64,000 nt of DNA from Callorhinchus milii (Eukaryota). The stretch spans positions 100,504,001 through 100,568,000 of the forward strand of contig NW_024704743.1 of the NCBI RefSeq assembly GCF_018977255.1, read 5' to 3'. Below are positions 25,823-39,760 of the stretch, piece after piece (the first letter of the stretch is position 1; every line of letters begins with the position of its first letter). The translations under genes and the position numbers were made by a program. A model generated the notes under the pieces. It worked only from the letters and a program-made list of their open reading frames with translations, did no database searches and was not told where the DNA came from.

Positions 25823-26505
25823 GTACCTTGATCGAAGGGAGAAAGAGGGTCAACGGGACTCTGCGATGGAGTTCCAGAGAACGGGGGTCAATGGCTGTAA
25901 GATCACCTACCACCTCTGAATCAACTATGCTCTTTTCTTTATTCTTGTAACTTCTTTTTTGTTGTTGATCATTTCCTCCTCCAGCTCCTTTGGTTCTCTA
26001 TACAGTTCTCCGTCTCCCCTACACATACACTGATCATTTTCTGACTTCTCTTCAGACAAATCCATTTAACTGGTTCTCACTTCTATTGGAGCAACTATGG
26101 CAAAAATATTTATTTGTGACCAAAGGTTTGATTGAAAAACTGTTTGAAATATACCGTCCTGATGAATTTTTCACTCTCTAATCTCAATTGTGATTTCTGT
26201 TGGGGCCAGAACTTGACGGATATCCATCTTCTCTCTATATTATTGAAGATCTGTGCCAAGTTAGATTTAAAAAGGAAGGTGAGGTCCACACAGTAATTCA
26301 AATCCCCAAACCTTAACAAGGTTAAATGATGAGCTTTTTACCGTAACTAAGAAAGAGTCTGAAGCCATTCTATTATTGATAGCTGCTTTGGCTTCAAGTG
26401 TTGTTGGCAAACATTCAAGTAACACTATTGGTATAGGTTTTAAATGAAACTGAAGTAGTACTTGGAGTTCTATATTTAACAGTTCTTCAGAATATTATAT
26501 TATAA

Positions 26506-26572
26506 AGCTATTTTCCATGAGCTATATTACCCTCTGTCTCAGGGAGGGTGACGTAGCTAATGGAAAATAGCT
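26506..26572 (+). other. 67-nt near-perfect hairpin (pre-miRNA-like, or a small palindromic element)
   Basis: AGCTATTTTCCAT/ATGGAAAATAGCT (13 bp) + AGCTA/TAGCT + TATTACCCTC/GAGGGTGACG with 2 G-U pairs; 9-nt loop. Confidence 0.55.
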
Positions 26573-26649
26573 ATGGTTTTGCCTCAAGCTGTGCGCGCAG
26601 GCTGCCCCTTCAACTGTCAGTTCAGCAGGATGCTGGTTTAACTCAACAA

Positions 26650-26980
26650 AATAATAATAATAATCATAATCCTTAAATTTGATATATCACGTCTTCAAGA
26701 CGTCTAAAGCTCTTCAGAGAATATACTGTAAGGGAATTGACTATATTTTGTAGGTGAAACGTGGCAATCAATTGGATTGAGTAACCAATTTTTTTTAAAG
26801 GATTATTACCCCAGAAAAGTGATCTACCAATCGACTAACAACCGGGTCCCTATTTACTGCTGGGTAAACAGAGGCGTGTGGAGTAAGGAAACTTGCCCAA
26901 TGTTTCTCCCAGCCCGGAAATCGAACCCAAGTTCTCTCTCTTGCGAGGCAAGCACTCTAACCATTAAGCTCCAGGACTCC
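26650..26980 (-). mobile_element. tRNA-Ala-headed SINE, long form (partly deleted)
   Basis: Reverse complement of head, CORE-like box and tail. Confidence 0.88.
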
Positions 26981-28019
26981 AAAAAAACAAAAATAAGTAT
27001 ATCGGAGTAAAGCTGGTGTGCCGTTAAGTGACACTGCAATGCTTCAGAGCACGGCTGGCAGAACAATGTGCATCATGGGTGGCTTTGTCCCCAATCAATG
27101 TGATGTGATGAAACAGTGAGTCGATGGGGGAGGGGTGGTGGGGTGAAGGAGGAGGAAAGAATCATTTCTGAGGGGTGATATTTTTCGATGAAATGTTAAC
27201 ATTACTGTCAATTCACAGACCACAATTTTCACCCTCGTGTTTCTATGAAGAACTGACTATGTAATTTGTGCAGGAAATATATCGGACTGGTTTTACGTCA
27301 CTTTGGATTTTAATTTGTGTCTGGAGCTATATTAAACAAATTAACAGAGGTAAAAAGTTCAACAAGCATTCTGCTTCCATCACCGACCATTTGAAGTCAA
27401 TGTATGAATAAACAAATTTCACAAGGGCATGCCTATATTAGATTGCTGTGGTGGGTGAGGTAAGTATAAATCAATGTTATCTGCCTCTATTTGACTTCCA
27501 GTGGAATTAGGGCTTGACTTTTGACAATGGGTACTAAGTCATCTGTCAAGGAGAGATGAAATTAACATTTAACCTCTGTGTGTTTGTGCTGGACCAAGTG
27601 ACAAGAGCTATTATTTGGCCTCTTTGACAGCTCAATGCCTAGAATTAAATATCTAACAAAATGGCCTTAGAGTTTTTATCACCAATATTTTATATCCTAT
27701 CCAGGAGTGCAGCAACAGATCTACAGCTGTTTGGACTTCTGCAACCTGCTTGGACCCAATTATCCTGGCCACTTCCTCCACTCAAAAAGCTACCTGTTCC
27801 ACCTCACCATCAGTGAAACTCCATTCCAAAGTCCCTTCACATTGCACCCTCCCTCTCCTCCTTCAAAATCAGTATTAGGTCTATCTCTCTAACTGTACTT
27901 TCAGACACATTTCCACTTATGTCCTCAGCTTATCAAACAGAAGCGTTATTTATCATCACAAAACTGTTCCAAGATAATGAGAGCAGTTTGACATTGAATC
28001 AATCTTTTCACTGTTCTTT

Positions 28020-28085
28020 GCTGGCACAGACACGATGGGTTGAATGGCCTCCTTCTGTGCTATATAATTCTATGGTTCTATGGTT
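28020..28085 (+). mobile_element. CR1 3' terminus
   Basis: 'gatgggttgaatggcctccttctgtgct...ttctatggttctatgg'. Confidence 0.75.
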
Positions 28086-28634
28086 GAACTCTCTTGGGCA
28101 CCTGGAGGCCTTTTTGAAACTAATTTGCTCAAACCCACACACAATGTAAAACTTTAATTTCACTAGCTATCTATATAATGCTAAAATACTTAAAATATGT
28201 ATACAAATAAATGTTTTTCTAAACACATTTTCAATGAAGATCTCATGCTATGTGCTTAAATCTGTTAAACAACAATCTTATCTGCCAGGCAGAGCAAAAC
28301 CAATAATTCAATCAACCTTAGCATGTAGAGTGTGCTTCCCCTACATACATAAGAAAACAAGTAACTTTTTAGTAACAATAAAATTGAACAGAATGGGAAT
28401 TGTCAAATTTTCGCAGATGGTCTGTCAATCAATGTGATTCCAGCAGATGCAATTATTCTTCATTGTTAATCATATTACACAGGCTACCACCAGTCTGTGC
28501 AGCATGATCTGTAAAGGAAAACAAAATTATGATATTTAGAGAATTAAGGTCAAGTGAGTTCTTCCCCAGGAAGGTTTTGATACACACAGCCCCTGAATTT
28601 ATATTTAGAAAGCATGTTTCACATGGGGAAGGAC

Positions 28635-28930
28635 AAGAACTTGCATTTCTATAGCGTCCTTCACATAGGAGGATGCCTCAAAAAGCTTCACACAGCTGAC
28701 TGGGAGCTTGAAGTGGGGAAAGGGAACTGTGGAGAGTTGGGGAGATGACTGAAGATGCAGTTGAGGAGGTCTTAGACGTGGGATTGGAAAGGCTGTGGAG
28801 GGATTTGAAAGTAAGGCCAAGAATCTTGTGGGAGAAAACAGAGTTTGCAGAATTTAGGAGGAGCTGGTGATTCTCGCAAGCAGGGTGTTGGAATAATAGC
28901 CCAGCAGTGGCTGGCACAGTAAGCATTGAA
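28635..28930 (-). mobile_element. Old L2 3' fragment
   Basis: KILGLTFKSLHSL motif and degenerate stem-loop tail. Confidence 0.6.
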
Positions 28931-30284
28931 TGCAGCTAACAAATGGGGATCAAAAATGTAGTATTCCTAACTTCATTCCTGGGAGCAATAGTAGCTAAAA
29001 TGTGACCTTAAAACTATCTTTAACAAAGGGTTTAGGACTAAACAACTCACTATTAACAATGGGACGTCAGCAAAGTCCTGTGGTGGAACACACTGAATTT
29101 GCGTACGGTGCATATCGGGGCTCCTTCTGAAAGCAGCAAGTGTGCCTTATCAGGGTGCGCGGCCGCGCACGTGGGTGGGTGTACACAGGGGCGACTCCCG
29201 ACTGTGTTAAAGGGAGTGTCCCCAAAAAAATGTGTGGACAACCTGTGTGCAGGGAAGGAATGTATCGTAAACAACAGAATGTGTTTTGCATTGGGAGAAA
29301 AGAAAAAAAGAATTTTAACAGAAGATGTCGTGTTTTGTTTGGGATTTTCAAAAAAAAAAGGAACAGACTGAATTTGCACTTGTTTGCAAGAAGCTGACCT
29401 AAAAATAAGTAAAAGTAAGATTTTAAAGCTAAAAAACAGCCAAATTCACTGTGAGAAACCTGAGGAAGAAACCATTCTCAAAATATCAGGGATGTTCAGC
29501 CCTAAACGTCTCATTACAGACAGTGTCCGGTCGATAGTGCTCCTCGGTTATCCTTGGTGATAATTTAACAATGGAATGCATTTAGGGTTACCACAATTTT
29601 GATACCTATAAATGGTTCATAATCTAATAACCCAATCATTTTGATATGAGAGTACATGGATTAAAATCAATGATTGCTGCATCTTAACTTGGCTTTTTAA
29701 TCAAATGACGATTTTACTGAAAGAGGTCTAAAGCTATGGTGAGATTGCTAACCTATTAGTGGACTTGTACAGTCTGTGTTTTGTGTTGTAACATCCATCA
29801 ATCTTTTCAAATATTTCCATTTGAATGGATGAGCCACAGATGATTTCAGGCATTTTTGCCAGTTACCAGTTTTAGACAGTTTCTTTTAATCAAGCTGACA
29901 TAGTCTTCTTCTGTTCACTACATATGCATCATCCAATTAGGTTTCCGAATCATAAATTAACACGCGGTTTGTAAATTGATCCCCCAAAGAGTCAATTACT
30001 TGCACAGAGTAAAACTACTGCATTTGCAGGAAAGACAGCAACATGCATATAAACTCTTATCATTATTATATTTAATTATTATCATTTAGTGTTAAAAAGA
30101 TGCTGTATAAGCTCAAGTTGTTAATGCTGAATCATACATTGGAGATTAGTTTTAACATGTCCCAGTTTGATCTATTTCAAGTTTGGTGGAGCCTGATTCT
30201 TTAAATGAAGTACCATGCTATTCATATTGGTGTCTTGTCCTAGCTAGATTCATAGGGAATATGTGGCCTATAAACTGTTCCATT

Positions 30285-30780
30285 CAATATGATACCTTTT
30301 TGTATCCCCAAGACCATCGCAAGGCACTTCAAAGGACGTTGCTCTGAAGTGTGGTGACTGTGTATTTGTTGGCAAACAAGGCTGCCAATTTACGCACAGC
30401 AATGTCCCACAAACAGTCATGAACCAAAAAAAACAATAATAAATTGGTCATTTTCAATCTACGACTGTTTGTGGGACATTGCTGTGCGCAATTGGCTGCC
30501 GCGTTCGCCCACAAATATACAGTCAATTCACTTTACAATGTGTTCTGTGAAGCGCTTTGGGAAGTCCTCCCGACGTGAAAAGCGCTATATCAAATGCAAG
30601 GATTATTATTATTATTATTATTATGAAGTGAATGATCAATTTTATTTGGGGGATTGTTGGCCAGGACACTGGGAGAAATTCCCTTCTCTTTTCAAACAGT
30701 GCCATGGAACCTTCACCTTGGTCTGATATCTCATCCGAAAGACAGCACCTCCAACAATGCAGCATTCCCCCAAATCACAA
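30285..30780 (-). mobile_element. Deu-domain SINE containing a sense-strand 5'-truncated short SINE (30424-30622, TSD ATGAA)
   Basis: ATGAA at 30419-30423 and 30623-30627 flanks the inner copy; the outer element is continuous across it. Confidence 0.85.
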
Positions 30781-32477
30781 CGGAGGATCGTGGTTAACTC
30801 AAATTTGCATTGTTATGGTCCCATTGACTGCACTCCAATGCCACAGTCCCCAGGCTGGCTGTAATATGTTCAAACCTCTTTAAGAATATCTGTACCCCAC
30901 ATTCAGTTTCGAGCATCAATTATTACAGACACATGCTGTCATGAACAGAAAAGGCATTTAAGATCAATGAGAATCAATAACACCGTTGACACAAAGCACT
31001 TAGATACGAATCACCAATCCATTTAACACTCAAACTCAATCCCTGGGGCAGCAGAATGCATTTGGCTCGTGATATTGACAACTACTAGGCTAGGCACACA
31101 GAGCCCAAATGAAACCAAGTGGATGCTGAGTTCAGAATAAGTTCCCTGACCTGTTGATCAACAACTGACCTAGTCATCAACAAGTTATCTATTGCTAGGA
31201 TAGTGGCTGTGTTAAAGTACAACAAAACATCTATTTGGAGTTACTGTGTATGCTGTGCTTAGATACAATAGCTCTGGACACCCCAAAAAATATTTATTTC
31301 ATTTGATAGCTTAGGCCCAGTGGTTTCCACAAGCGAACGCTTTACTTCTGGATTAGAATCAGGCGGCAATTCATTTTGGTGTGAAACAGGTTAAAAAAGT
31401 ATGCTCAACAAAAGATACAGGGGTGATCTGTTTCTACATTTGATGATAAATGTGTGGTACTTGGAGATGCAAGTTAATATTGAGAAAATCCCATTACTCA
31501 TACTGTCATACTTGTCATCTGACTCACAAGCAGAGAATTCCACCTATACCTTTGGGATTGCTTGGATCCAGTTCATTTCAAATCAATAGGTCATATATTA
31601 CCTCAAACATCAAAGAGATCAGACCCCAAGGATGAAAATACAGTTGTTCTTAATTCTAAATCCTGGCTGCAAAGCCAAGTTGTCTGAAATTTTAAGCTAT
31701 TTAAGAATTATGGAAAATTCTTAACAATTGTCTTAATTTGGCATCTGTTTTTCTCTGCGTCTCTAAAAGGGCTGGCTTCTGAACACATTTAAGAATTGTA
31801 CATAATTCTACACAATTTCTTAAATTTTAAGAATTTCAATGTTAAAATTGTGTGGAATTTCAGGTCTAAACTATCACCATTGTTGCAAGAGCGACCAAAA
31901 ATACAATTACCCATTCTCCCTCCAATACAAACGATTCTTCTTTGTTTTCCAACAGTTACCTGTAACAAGGGAGGTAATGCGGTTTTCAAAATTAATTATT
32001 TACATTTTTGCTGTACAGCAACACATCATCCAAAAATAAGACTACTGCTAGACTCAATAATAGAATTAAGCAAATATTCACATAATAATAAAATAATAAT
32101 TATAATTATCCATGCACATCGAGACATCTCAAAGCTTTTCACAGGAACTACTGCAAAGTATAGTGACTGTATTTTGTAGGCAAACATGAGAGTGTTTAGC
32201 ATATGAATGTGAAAGCAAGGATTTATTTGCTCTTATATAATAGAAAGTGTAATTCAGTTTGATGCTTGTTCTGCAAGATTGAAAATGACCAATTTATGAT
32301 TGTTTTTTGTTTTGGAGGGATTATAATTTTTAGGCGTGTGGAGTAAGGAAACTTGCCCAAGGTTTCGAGAGCAAACCATAGTCAGAGACACTACTGGATC
32401 TCAGATCCAGTCTGGTGTTTGTCAACAGTCACTGCCTTTTTATTAGTATCTACAGGTTTAGTGGGAGCTTTTCATCA

Positions 32478-32940
32478 TCATAGAATCATAGAATGTTACG
32501 GCACAGAAGAAGGCCATTCGGCCCATCGAGTCTGTGCCGGCTCTTTGACAGAGCAACTGACTTTTATTAACCCCATTCACCAGCTTTCTCCCCGTAACCC
32601 TGCAAACCTGTCTTCCCCAGATACCTATCCAGTTCTCTCTTAAAAGCTGTTATCGAATCAGACTTCACTGCCCTTTCGGGCAGATCATTCCAATTTCTAA
32701 CAACTCGCTGAGTGAAAAAAATTCTTCTAACCTCCCCTCTGCTTCTTTTGGTAGATATCTTAAGACTGTGACCACGAGTCACAGACACACCTACCAACGG
32801 AAACAGCTTTTCCCTGTCGAAACCTTTCATGATCTTGAAGACCTCTATCAGGTCCCCACGTAATCTTCTCTGCTCTAATGGGAAAAGTCCTAACTTTTCC
32901 AGCCTGTCTTCATAGCTAAGCTTCCCCATTCCTGGTATTT
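32478..32940 (-). mobile_element. CR1-clade LINE 3' fragment
   Basis: SYEDRLEKLGLFPLEQRRLRGDLIEVFKIMKGFD...TRGHSLK...FFTQRVVRNWNDLP; (TTCTATGA)n tail. Confidence 0.95.
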
Positions 32941-33989
32941 CTATCACGTCACTTTGAGAAATCTATAAATCAAAGCATTGGTAGGCATTTGTCTGCTGAG
33001 CTACCTAATAGCAGCTCTGTTAATCAATACAATAATTGAGCCAAAACATTGTTAGTCTTGCAGTATAGCTTGTGGGCAGTTCTTAACTGTGGCTCATTAT
33101 ACTGTGAACATCAAATGATTGCTGTATATATTGCTCCTACAATCATTCTTGGAAGGCACGGATAGAGATAGAAACTTTCCAAACAAGATACGATGAGAAA
33201 ATAAATCATTATCCCCCAATAGGTGCATAATTCCAACATAAGCTCTGTGAGTTAAGTGTAAGGTTCTGCGGAGATGCTCATATTAAGGTGGTTAATATTA
33301 TTATAAATCATCAGAGGGTTTTTTTTGTGATTAATATGCTGAAAATGTTTCTAATGAATTCTGGTCTCTGGCTTTAACCTTCATTTTTCCAGTCTCTATA
33401 ATGTTATGGAAGGAAAATTGGAGAATATTTCAATATCTACTGGTGTATATAATCTAAATTATTCATATTATTGACATCATTGAGGCTGATAGATTAGTGA
33501 AATAACGATAGCAATGCAAAGCTTACTTTATAACAGGTGACCCAATAGAATGTTGAACCTCACCAAAAAGAGGTGTTTTGATTCCCAGTGTAGTCTATCT
33601 TCTCTTCCCCTCTGCCAGAAACACATCAGGCTACCTTTTGGCTTCAATTAGGAAACAAGTGTTCGGATGGTTTCCAGTGTCTCATCCAACTTTGAGAGTG
33701 AGCGTTCTTAGGCAATTTAACCAAATCAAAGCCAAAACCATTTTTATCCTCACTCACCATGCACATACAACAATTGGCCACTGGACAACAATCAAGCATA
33801 GGAATAATGCTTATTATTATTATTATTATAAGTTCCTATGCTAATAATAATCATTATTATTATCTTGATTATCATAATCCTTGTATTTAATACACCACCT
33901 TATCACATCATTGAAAAGCACTTGACAGGATTTTATGATAGAGCACAGTAAATGTACATATTGTAGGCAAGCACAGCATCCCAATTTGT

Positions 33990-34250
33990 TGGACTTACCA
34001 TCCTTCAGATGAGATGTTAAAACTGAGGTACCATCAGGTGAACGTAAAAGATCCCAAAGGCACTATTCGAAATGTAAAGAGAGTTTTTCTTTATCAACAA
34101 TCTCCCACATACAATCCCCCATATACCATGTAGGGCATTGCTGTGTGAAAAATGGCTGCCACACTCAGTCACAGCACTTTATAATAAAACCTTATAAAGC
34201 TCTCTGAAACATCCAACGTACAAAGCACTTTATCAAATGCAAGTTTTTTT
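33990..34250 (+). mobile_element. Degenerate Deu-domain SINE
   Basis: 'cagatgagatgttaaaactgagg...caggtgaacgtaaaagatcccaaaggcactattcgaa'. Confidence 0.7.
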
Positions 34251-35094
34251 TATTTTGGAGAAGTATAAATTCATTTTCTTTCAGTCCCGAGTTGCAGTGC
34301 TTATAAAACTGACAGGATCCAATAGCCTGGGCTAGATGTGAACGTAGTTTGACACATAGCAACCATTATTAGTGAAATACAAAACCTTGTGTTACCAGGC
34401 AAATAGCCTTCCTGTTTGAAGTATTCGTCCTGATCTTATTATTTTACTGTTATTTCTAATAATGTTTATGGGTTGCACTCTGCAGCATTCTGCCAATTCT
34501 GGTTTTGATCCCAGCTGCCCAGGGAATGCAAGAACAGTCTGGAGTGATCTTACTTTCTGTCTCTAAGAGGGTTTTCTTTCTTGATTCTGCACAAAATAAT
34601 TCTCTGCATCCAATTTCTTTCATGGTTTTAAAATGAACTTTCACTCCTTTAGCCTCTTTTTACCCAATGAGAACAAATTGCATCTATTTAATCTGTAGTT
34701 ATTTAAAGCACAGAAATATCTGTCTTGCCATGCATTTGCATATTATACAACCTCCCTACATCCTAATTTTACTTACTTCAGGAATCACTGCCATGCAATA
34801 TAATGATGCTTTCAATGTTTGATCAACTGAAAAGGGAGATTCTCCCAGTGTTCTGGATAACAAGATAAAATTAGTCATTCACTTTGTGGCTGTTTGTGGA
34901 ACATTGCTTTGCGCAAATTGGCCACCACATTTGGCTGCAAAATACACAATACAAAAGACATCTCACTTTAATGTGTGAGGCGATTTGAGACATCCTCCTG
35001 ACATGAAAGATACAAAACCAAATGCAAAGATTATTATTATCATCATAATGATTAATAATCACATTGCTTTATTGACTTGCCTTATTTAATGATT

Positions 35095-35435
35095 TAATAC
35101 ACTGCCATCGTATATGTCCAATTCAGTGCTGGGGAATGTTGCATTGATAAAGTTGCTGTCCATTTGATGAAACATTAAACCAAGGTCCCATCTTTCTATT
35201 CAGGTGGATGTTAAAGATGCCATGACACTACTCAAAATGGAAGAGAGTTTGGCCAACAATCCCCAAATTAAAATTGGTTTGTCATTTTACAGTTTGTAGG
35301 AAATTGTTGTGTGCAAATTGGTTTGTCTACAAATAGTTATTCCACTTTACAGTAAAATCTTGTCAACTGCTTGGAGATGTTTTGAAGACCTGATAAGGCA
35401 TGACATCAATTTCAAGGATATTATTATATTGTTAT
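35095..35435 (+). mobile_element. Degenerate Deu-domain SINE
   Basis: 'gatgaaacattaaaccaaggtcccatct...caggtggatgttaaagatgccatgacacta'. Confidence 0.7.
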
Positions 35436-35465
35436 TATTACACATTTATAAGAGGAATAGCTTAT

Positions 35466-35608
35466 AGTGACTTCAGTGCAAATAGCGGCTCCTGCCTGTA
35501 ACCAAAAGTGTGTCACACTGATTTGCAAATTACTTGTGGTTACACAAGTTCCTGCTGTGACACACTTTTAGTTGCGAGTAGGCGTTGGCCTATTTTTCAC
35601 TGATCACT
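35466..35608. repeat. About 145-bp imperfect fold-back palindrome
   Basis: AAAAGTGTGTCACA (35504-35517) pairs perfectly with TGTGACACACTTTT (35556-35569); inner ACTTGTG/CACAAGT; outer arms pair with G-U. Confidence 0.7.
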
Positions 35609-37204
35609 AAAAATAGTGGTCTTATTCTTAGCACACGACATAAATTAACCCTCACTGAATTTCCTAGCGGTTCGATCAATCCAAGAGTTAAATATCACTG
35701 CCATTCGCCCACCTAGTCACATCTTAGCAGTTTTACTTTGAATTGAAACAATTTATTTTTCATTTTCCGAATAGAATATAAACTGCTCAAAATTATACAC
35801 TAAAAGGTAGTCAGTTCTGAGACCAGTATCAGTTCAACACAAATTTACATTGATAGAGTGCCTTTCACATCAGGAGAGGAGTATGGAAGGGAAAGATGAC
35901 CGAAGGCATGGTCAAAGAGATAAGTGTTGAGCTACTGAGGGAAGGAGCGTGTCACGTAAGTCAGCAATTAATAGCCATTAATCATGTACAAAATAGGATC
36001 CGTAAGACGATCAATTTACCAACAAGCACAGATATGTACATAACGACATGGAAGAAAAAAGAGATGGATAAGCAGTAGCCTAGGCTGCAGGAGCCAAAGT
36101 CAAGCACAGAAGCCCTACATTCACATTATTTTGTGATGGAACCAAAGAGAGGAAATCCTGAGATGTTCAAGTATGCAGAGGAAGATAGGAAATCGACCTG
36201 AGGAAGTGTGAAGGTAAGAATCCAGATTCTGCACTTTTAGCGGTTTCTCAGATTATTCTGCTTTCACACACAGCTCAATGTACAATAACCTCACCTAGGT
36301 AATTAACACATATTGTCAACAAGACATATTCTGTGATTGATACCCCAGGGTGCTGCACTGATCATAACAGGCCAATTAATGCTGTTATCAGTATCAGAAA
36401 TCTAATTTATAATTTACTTTAACCTCCACCCTTGATCCAAGAGCTTTTACTTTGGCCAAGATTCCTGTATGAGTGACCTTACTGAATCTTTTCTGAGAAT
36501 CAATCACGTCAGCAGTGGGCTTTATTACACTCTGAAAAAAATGCCTGGTACATTTGTGGTGCTGTGTTCACATAGCCATTTAAAGATGCCTCCAAAAATG
36601 GCAATATCATGACTCAGAGCTCGGGGATGGGGACAGTTTAGGTTTCTAAAACAAAGCACAACAACAATAAAACACAACAACAATAAAATTACATTTGTAT
36701 AATACTCTGTGATTTAGGAACTTCAGTATTCAACATCTTTTAATGACATGCAGAATTAACATAAGCTTCAGTGCCTTAGATATACATTTATATATGTGAT
36801 ATGTATACATTCATATATATTTAATCTTATATACTTCAACCCTTCTCAAGCCAGCATGTGTCTAATACTGGTCTGGCCAACAATCCCCTAAATAAAATTG
36901 GTCACTCACTTTCATGACTGCTTATGGGACATTGCTGTGCGCAATTGTGCTGCCGTGTTTGCCTGTGAACAGAGTGGCTCCATTTCACAGTAAATAGTCT
37001 GAAGCCCTTTGACTGCATCAAAACAAATTACTCTGAGATGATTTTCGAGGATTTGAGATCCTTTTGCCCCATCAAATTTATGAATGCATAATTGCCCATC
37101 TTTTGCAAAGAAGAAGTCTGATGGGAAAAGCTGCACCCAGCAACAGTTAATGTCCACATCTCCACAATATTCCTCTTTGTTACAGACTTGTCTGTGCAGT
37201 TTCT

Positions 37205-37600
37205 TAATAATAATCATCATCATAATCCTTATATTTGATATAACACTTTTTCACTTCAGTGAGATGTCTCAAAGCGCTTCACAGAATACACTGTAAAGGG
37301 AATTGACTGTATATTTTGTGGGCAAAACGTGGCAGCCAATTGCGCACAGCCATGTCCCACAAACAGTCATGGATTAAGTGAGCAAATTATTATTATTAAT
37401 ATTTTCTTGAAGGGATTATTACCCCCAGAAAGCGATCCGCCAATTGACTATCAACTGCATTCCTATTTCCGTAAGGTAAACAAAGGCACTGGAGTAAGGA
37501 AATTTGCTTAAGGTTTTGCCCCTTCCAGGAATCGAATCCAGTTCCTCTCGATTGCGAGGAGAGTGATAAATGCTCTAAAGAATATGCTACAAGACTTCAC
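37205..37600 (-). mobile_element. tRNA-Ala-headed SINE, long form
   Basis: Reverse complement of tail, spacer, CORE-like box and degenerate head. Confidence 0.85.
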
Positions 37601-37659
37601 ACTTCTTATAATGTGGTCTTTTACTTCCGTGCACAACTTTGATTATGCCGAGACTACAC

Positions 37660-38000
37660 AATATAATAATCCTTATATTTAATATAATGCTTTTCACAGC
37701 GGGAGGATATCCCAAAGCGCTTCACAGGATTTACTATAAAATGAAGTGATTATGTATTTTGATAGTGAAAACCACAAGCAATTTGCATACAGCAATGTCC
37801 TATAAAGTGAATGATCAATTTTATCAGGGGGTATTGTTGGGAAGGACACCAGGAGAAAATCTCTTCTTTTTTCAAATGATGTCATGGAATCTTTAATGTC
37901 CACTTGATCAAGTAGAACCTCAGTTTATTGCCTCATCTGAAGGACAGCACCTCTAACAATGCAGCCTTCCCCAGGACTGCAATGGTGTGTCAACCTGAAA
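37660..38000 (-). mobile_element. Deu-domain SINE
   Basis: 'ggacaccaggagaaaatctc...catggaatctttaatgtccacttga...cctcatctgaaggacagcacc'. Confidence 0.75.
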
Positions 38001-39336
38001 TTTGCGAGTTCAAAGTCCTGTAACACTGCTTCTATTTGCATATGCAGTACACTGCTGGGTACAGTCGACTAATTACAACTTTGGTTTTGGTTTCTCCAGT
38101 GAGCATTTACATTTCATTTACCTTGTCACTTTTCATAACAAATATGCAGTCAATTTATCGACAGTAGTTTCAATTATTTTCTTACATTAAATCATTTTCT
38201 ATTATTCTTATAAGATATTATGTGTACACTTCAGTTTGAAATTAAATATGGATAACTACCATACATTAAATTCTTCTACAGTTTCTAGAATTCCTCCCTA
38301 CAAGATTAAATAATTCAGGGGGCTATATGCCATTGAACAAGTGCAGCTTGACTCAGTATTAGCCTCTGAATCAGAAAATTGTGGGTTCAAGCCATACGCT
38401 GGGACATGAACTCACATAGTCTATGCCAATATTCCAATGCAGTGTCCTGGTCCCATGTCCTAGTCCAAAATAAAATTGGTTATTTGTTTCATGGCTGTTG
38501 TTGATATCTAGGACACAATAGGAAGGCCATTCATCCCATTGTATTTGTGTTGACTTTGTTCCTCCAATGAATCTATCTATGTTAATCCCAATTCCCTTTA
38601 GAACCATAGAAATCCATGATGCTGCTTATCATTTGATAGAACCGAATGGCATGGTATGAAGCAACATGACTTGTTGCTGAGCAACATCTCTATTGCAGCA
38701 AAATCTGTATACGGCTATTCCTTCTTAATGGAATGCTGTTAACATTACTGAGAATTGACTGTCACCAGCTCAAGTCTGACCACCCTCGCTGATGTATACT
38801 CTTTCCCTCAATCCCTCCGCCTTGCTCCCCCCTCCTTGTTCATAATCAGTTTACACTTGAAGACCTTCCTCTTTAATCATTTTTATGATAACCTTTCCTC
38901 TCTCCCTTGTTCGGCTCAAGCTTCACCACTCTTAAGAGTTCCGAGATGCTACCCCACATGAATGGTGCTATATAAATACAAGTTGTTATTGTTGGATGTT
39001 ATCTCTCGACATATCAACTGCATGTGCAATTATCAGCATCAAGCACTGATGAAGGATTGAACACAGTAAAAAAAATCCAGTTGTGTGCATGCACACAAGG
39101 TTATTGGTATCACAATTGATATCAACAATGCACAGTAAAGGCATATAGACAGAGAGACAGTTGGAGACAGAGAAAGGCAGAAACAGATTGAGAGAGAAAG
39201 ATAGGGAAAAAGAAAGTAATAGATATTTAGGGAGGGAAAAGCTCAGACAGGAAGAGAATTATGATAAAGTGTGACGGAGACTCAGAGAAACAGAAAAAGA
39301 CTGAGGAAGGAAGGAAGGAAGGAAAATGAGAGAACA

Positions 39337-39760
39337 GGAGGGGAGGGGTACGGGGGTGGCCGATGGCATGGTCGAAGAGGAAGGTCTTGAGGTGGGACTT
39401 GAAGGAGGCTAAGGTGGTGGCGAGGTGGAGTGACTGGGGATGGAATTCCAGAGGTTGGGGCCAGAGTGGCTGAAGGCTCGCTCACCAATGGTGGGGCGGG
39501 TGGGTCGGGGGACGTGGAGCAGGCCAGAGCCGGCTGAGCAGAAGGAGCGGGCGAGTTGGTAGGCGGTTAGGAGGTCGCAGAGGTAGGGTGGGGCGAGGCC
39601 GTGGAGGGCTTTGTAGGTGAGGACCAGGATCTTGAACTGGATCCTCTGAAGGATAGGGAGCCAACGGGGTCAGGCGAGAGTGGGGGAGTTGGGGTCACGG
39701 AGTTTAGTATGGGAGAGGATATGAGCTGCAGAGTTCTGGATTATCTGCAGCCTGTGGAGT
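39337..39760 (-). mobile_element. L2 fragment lacking the extreme 3' tail
   Basis: Closely similar to 5780-6200. Confidence 0.9.
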
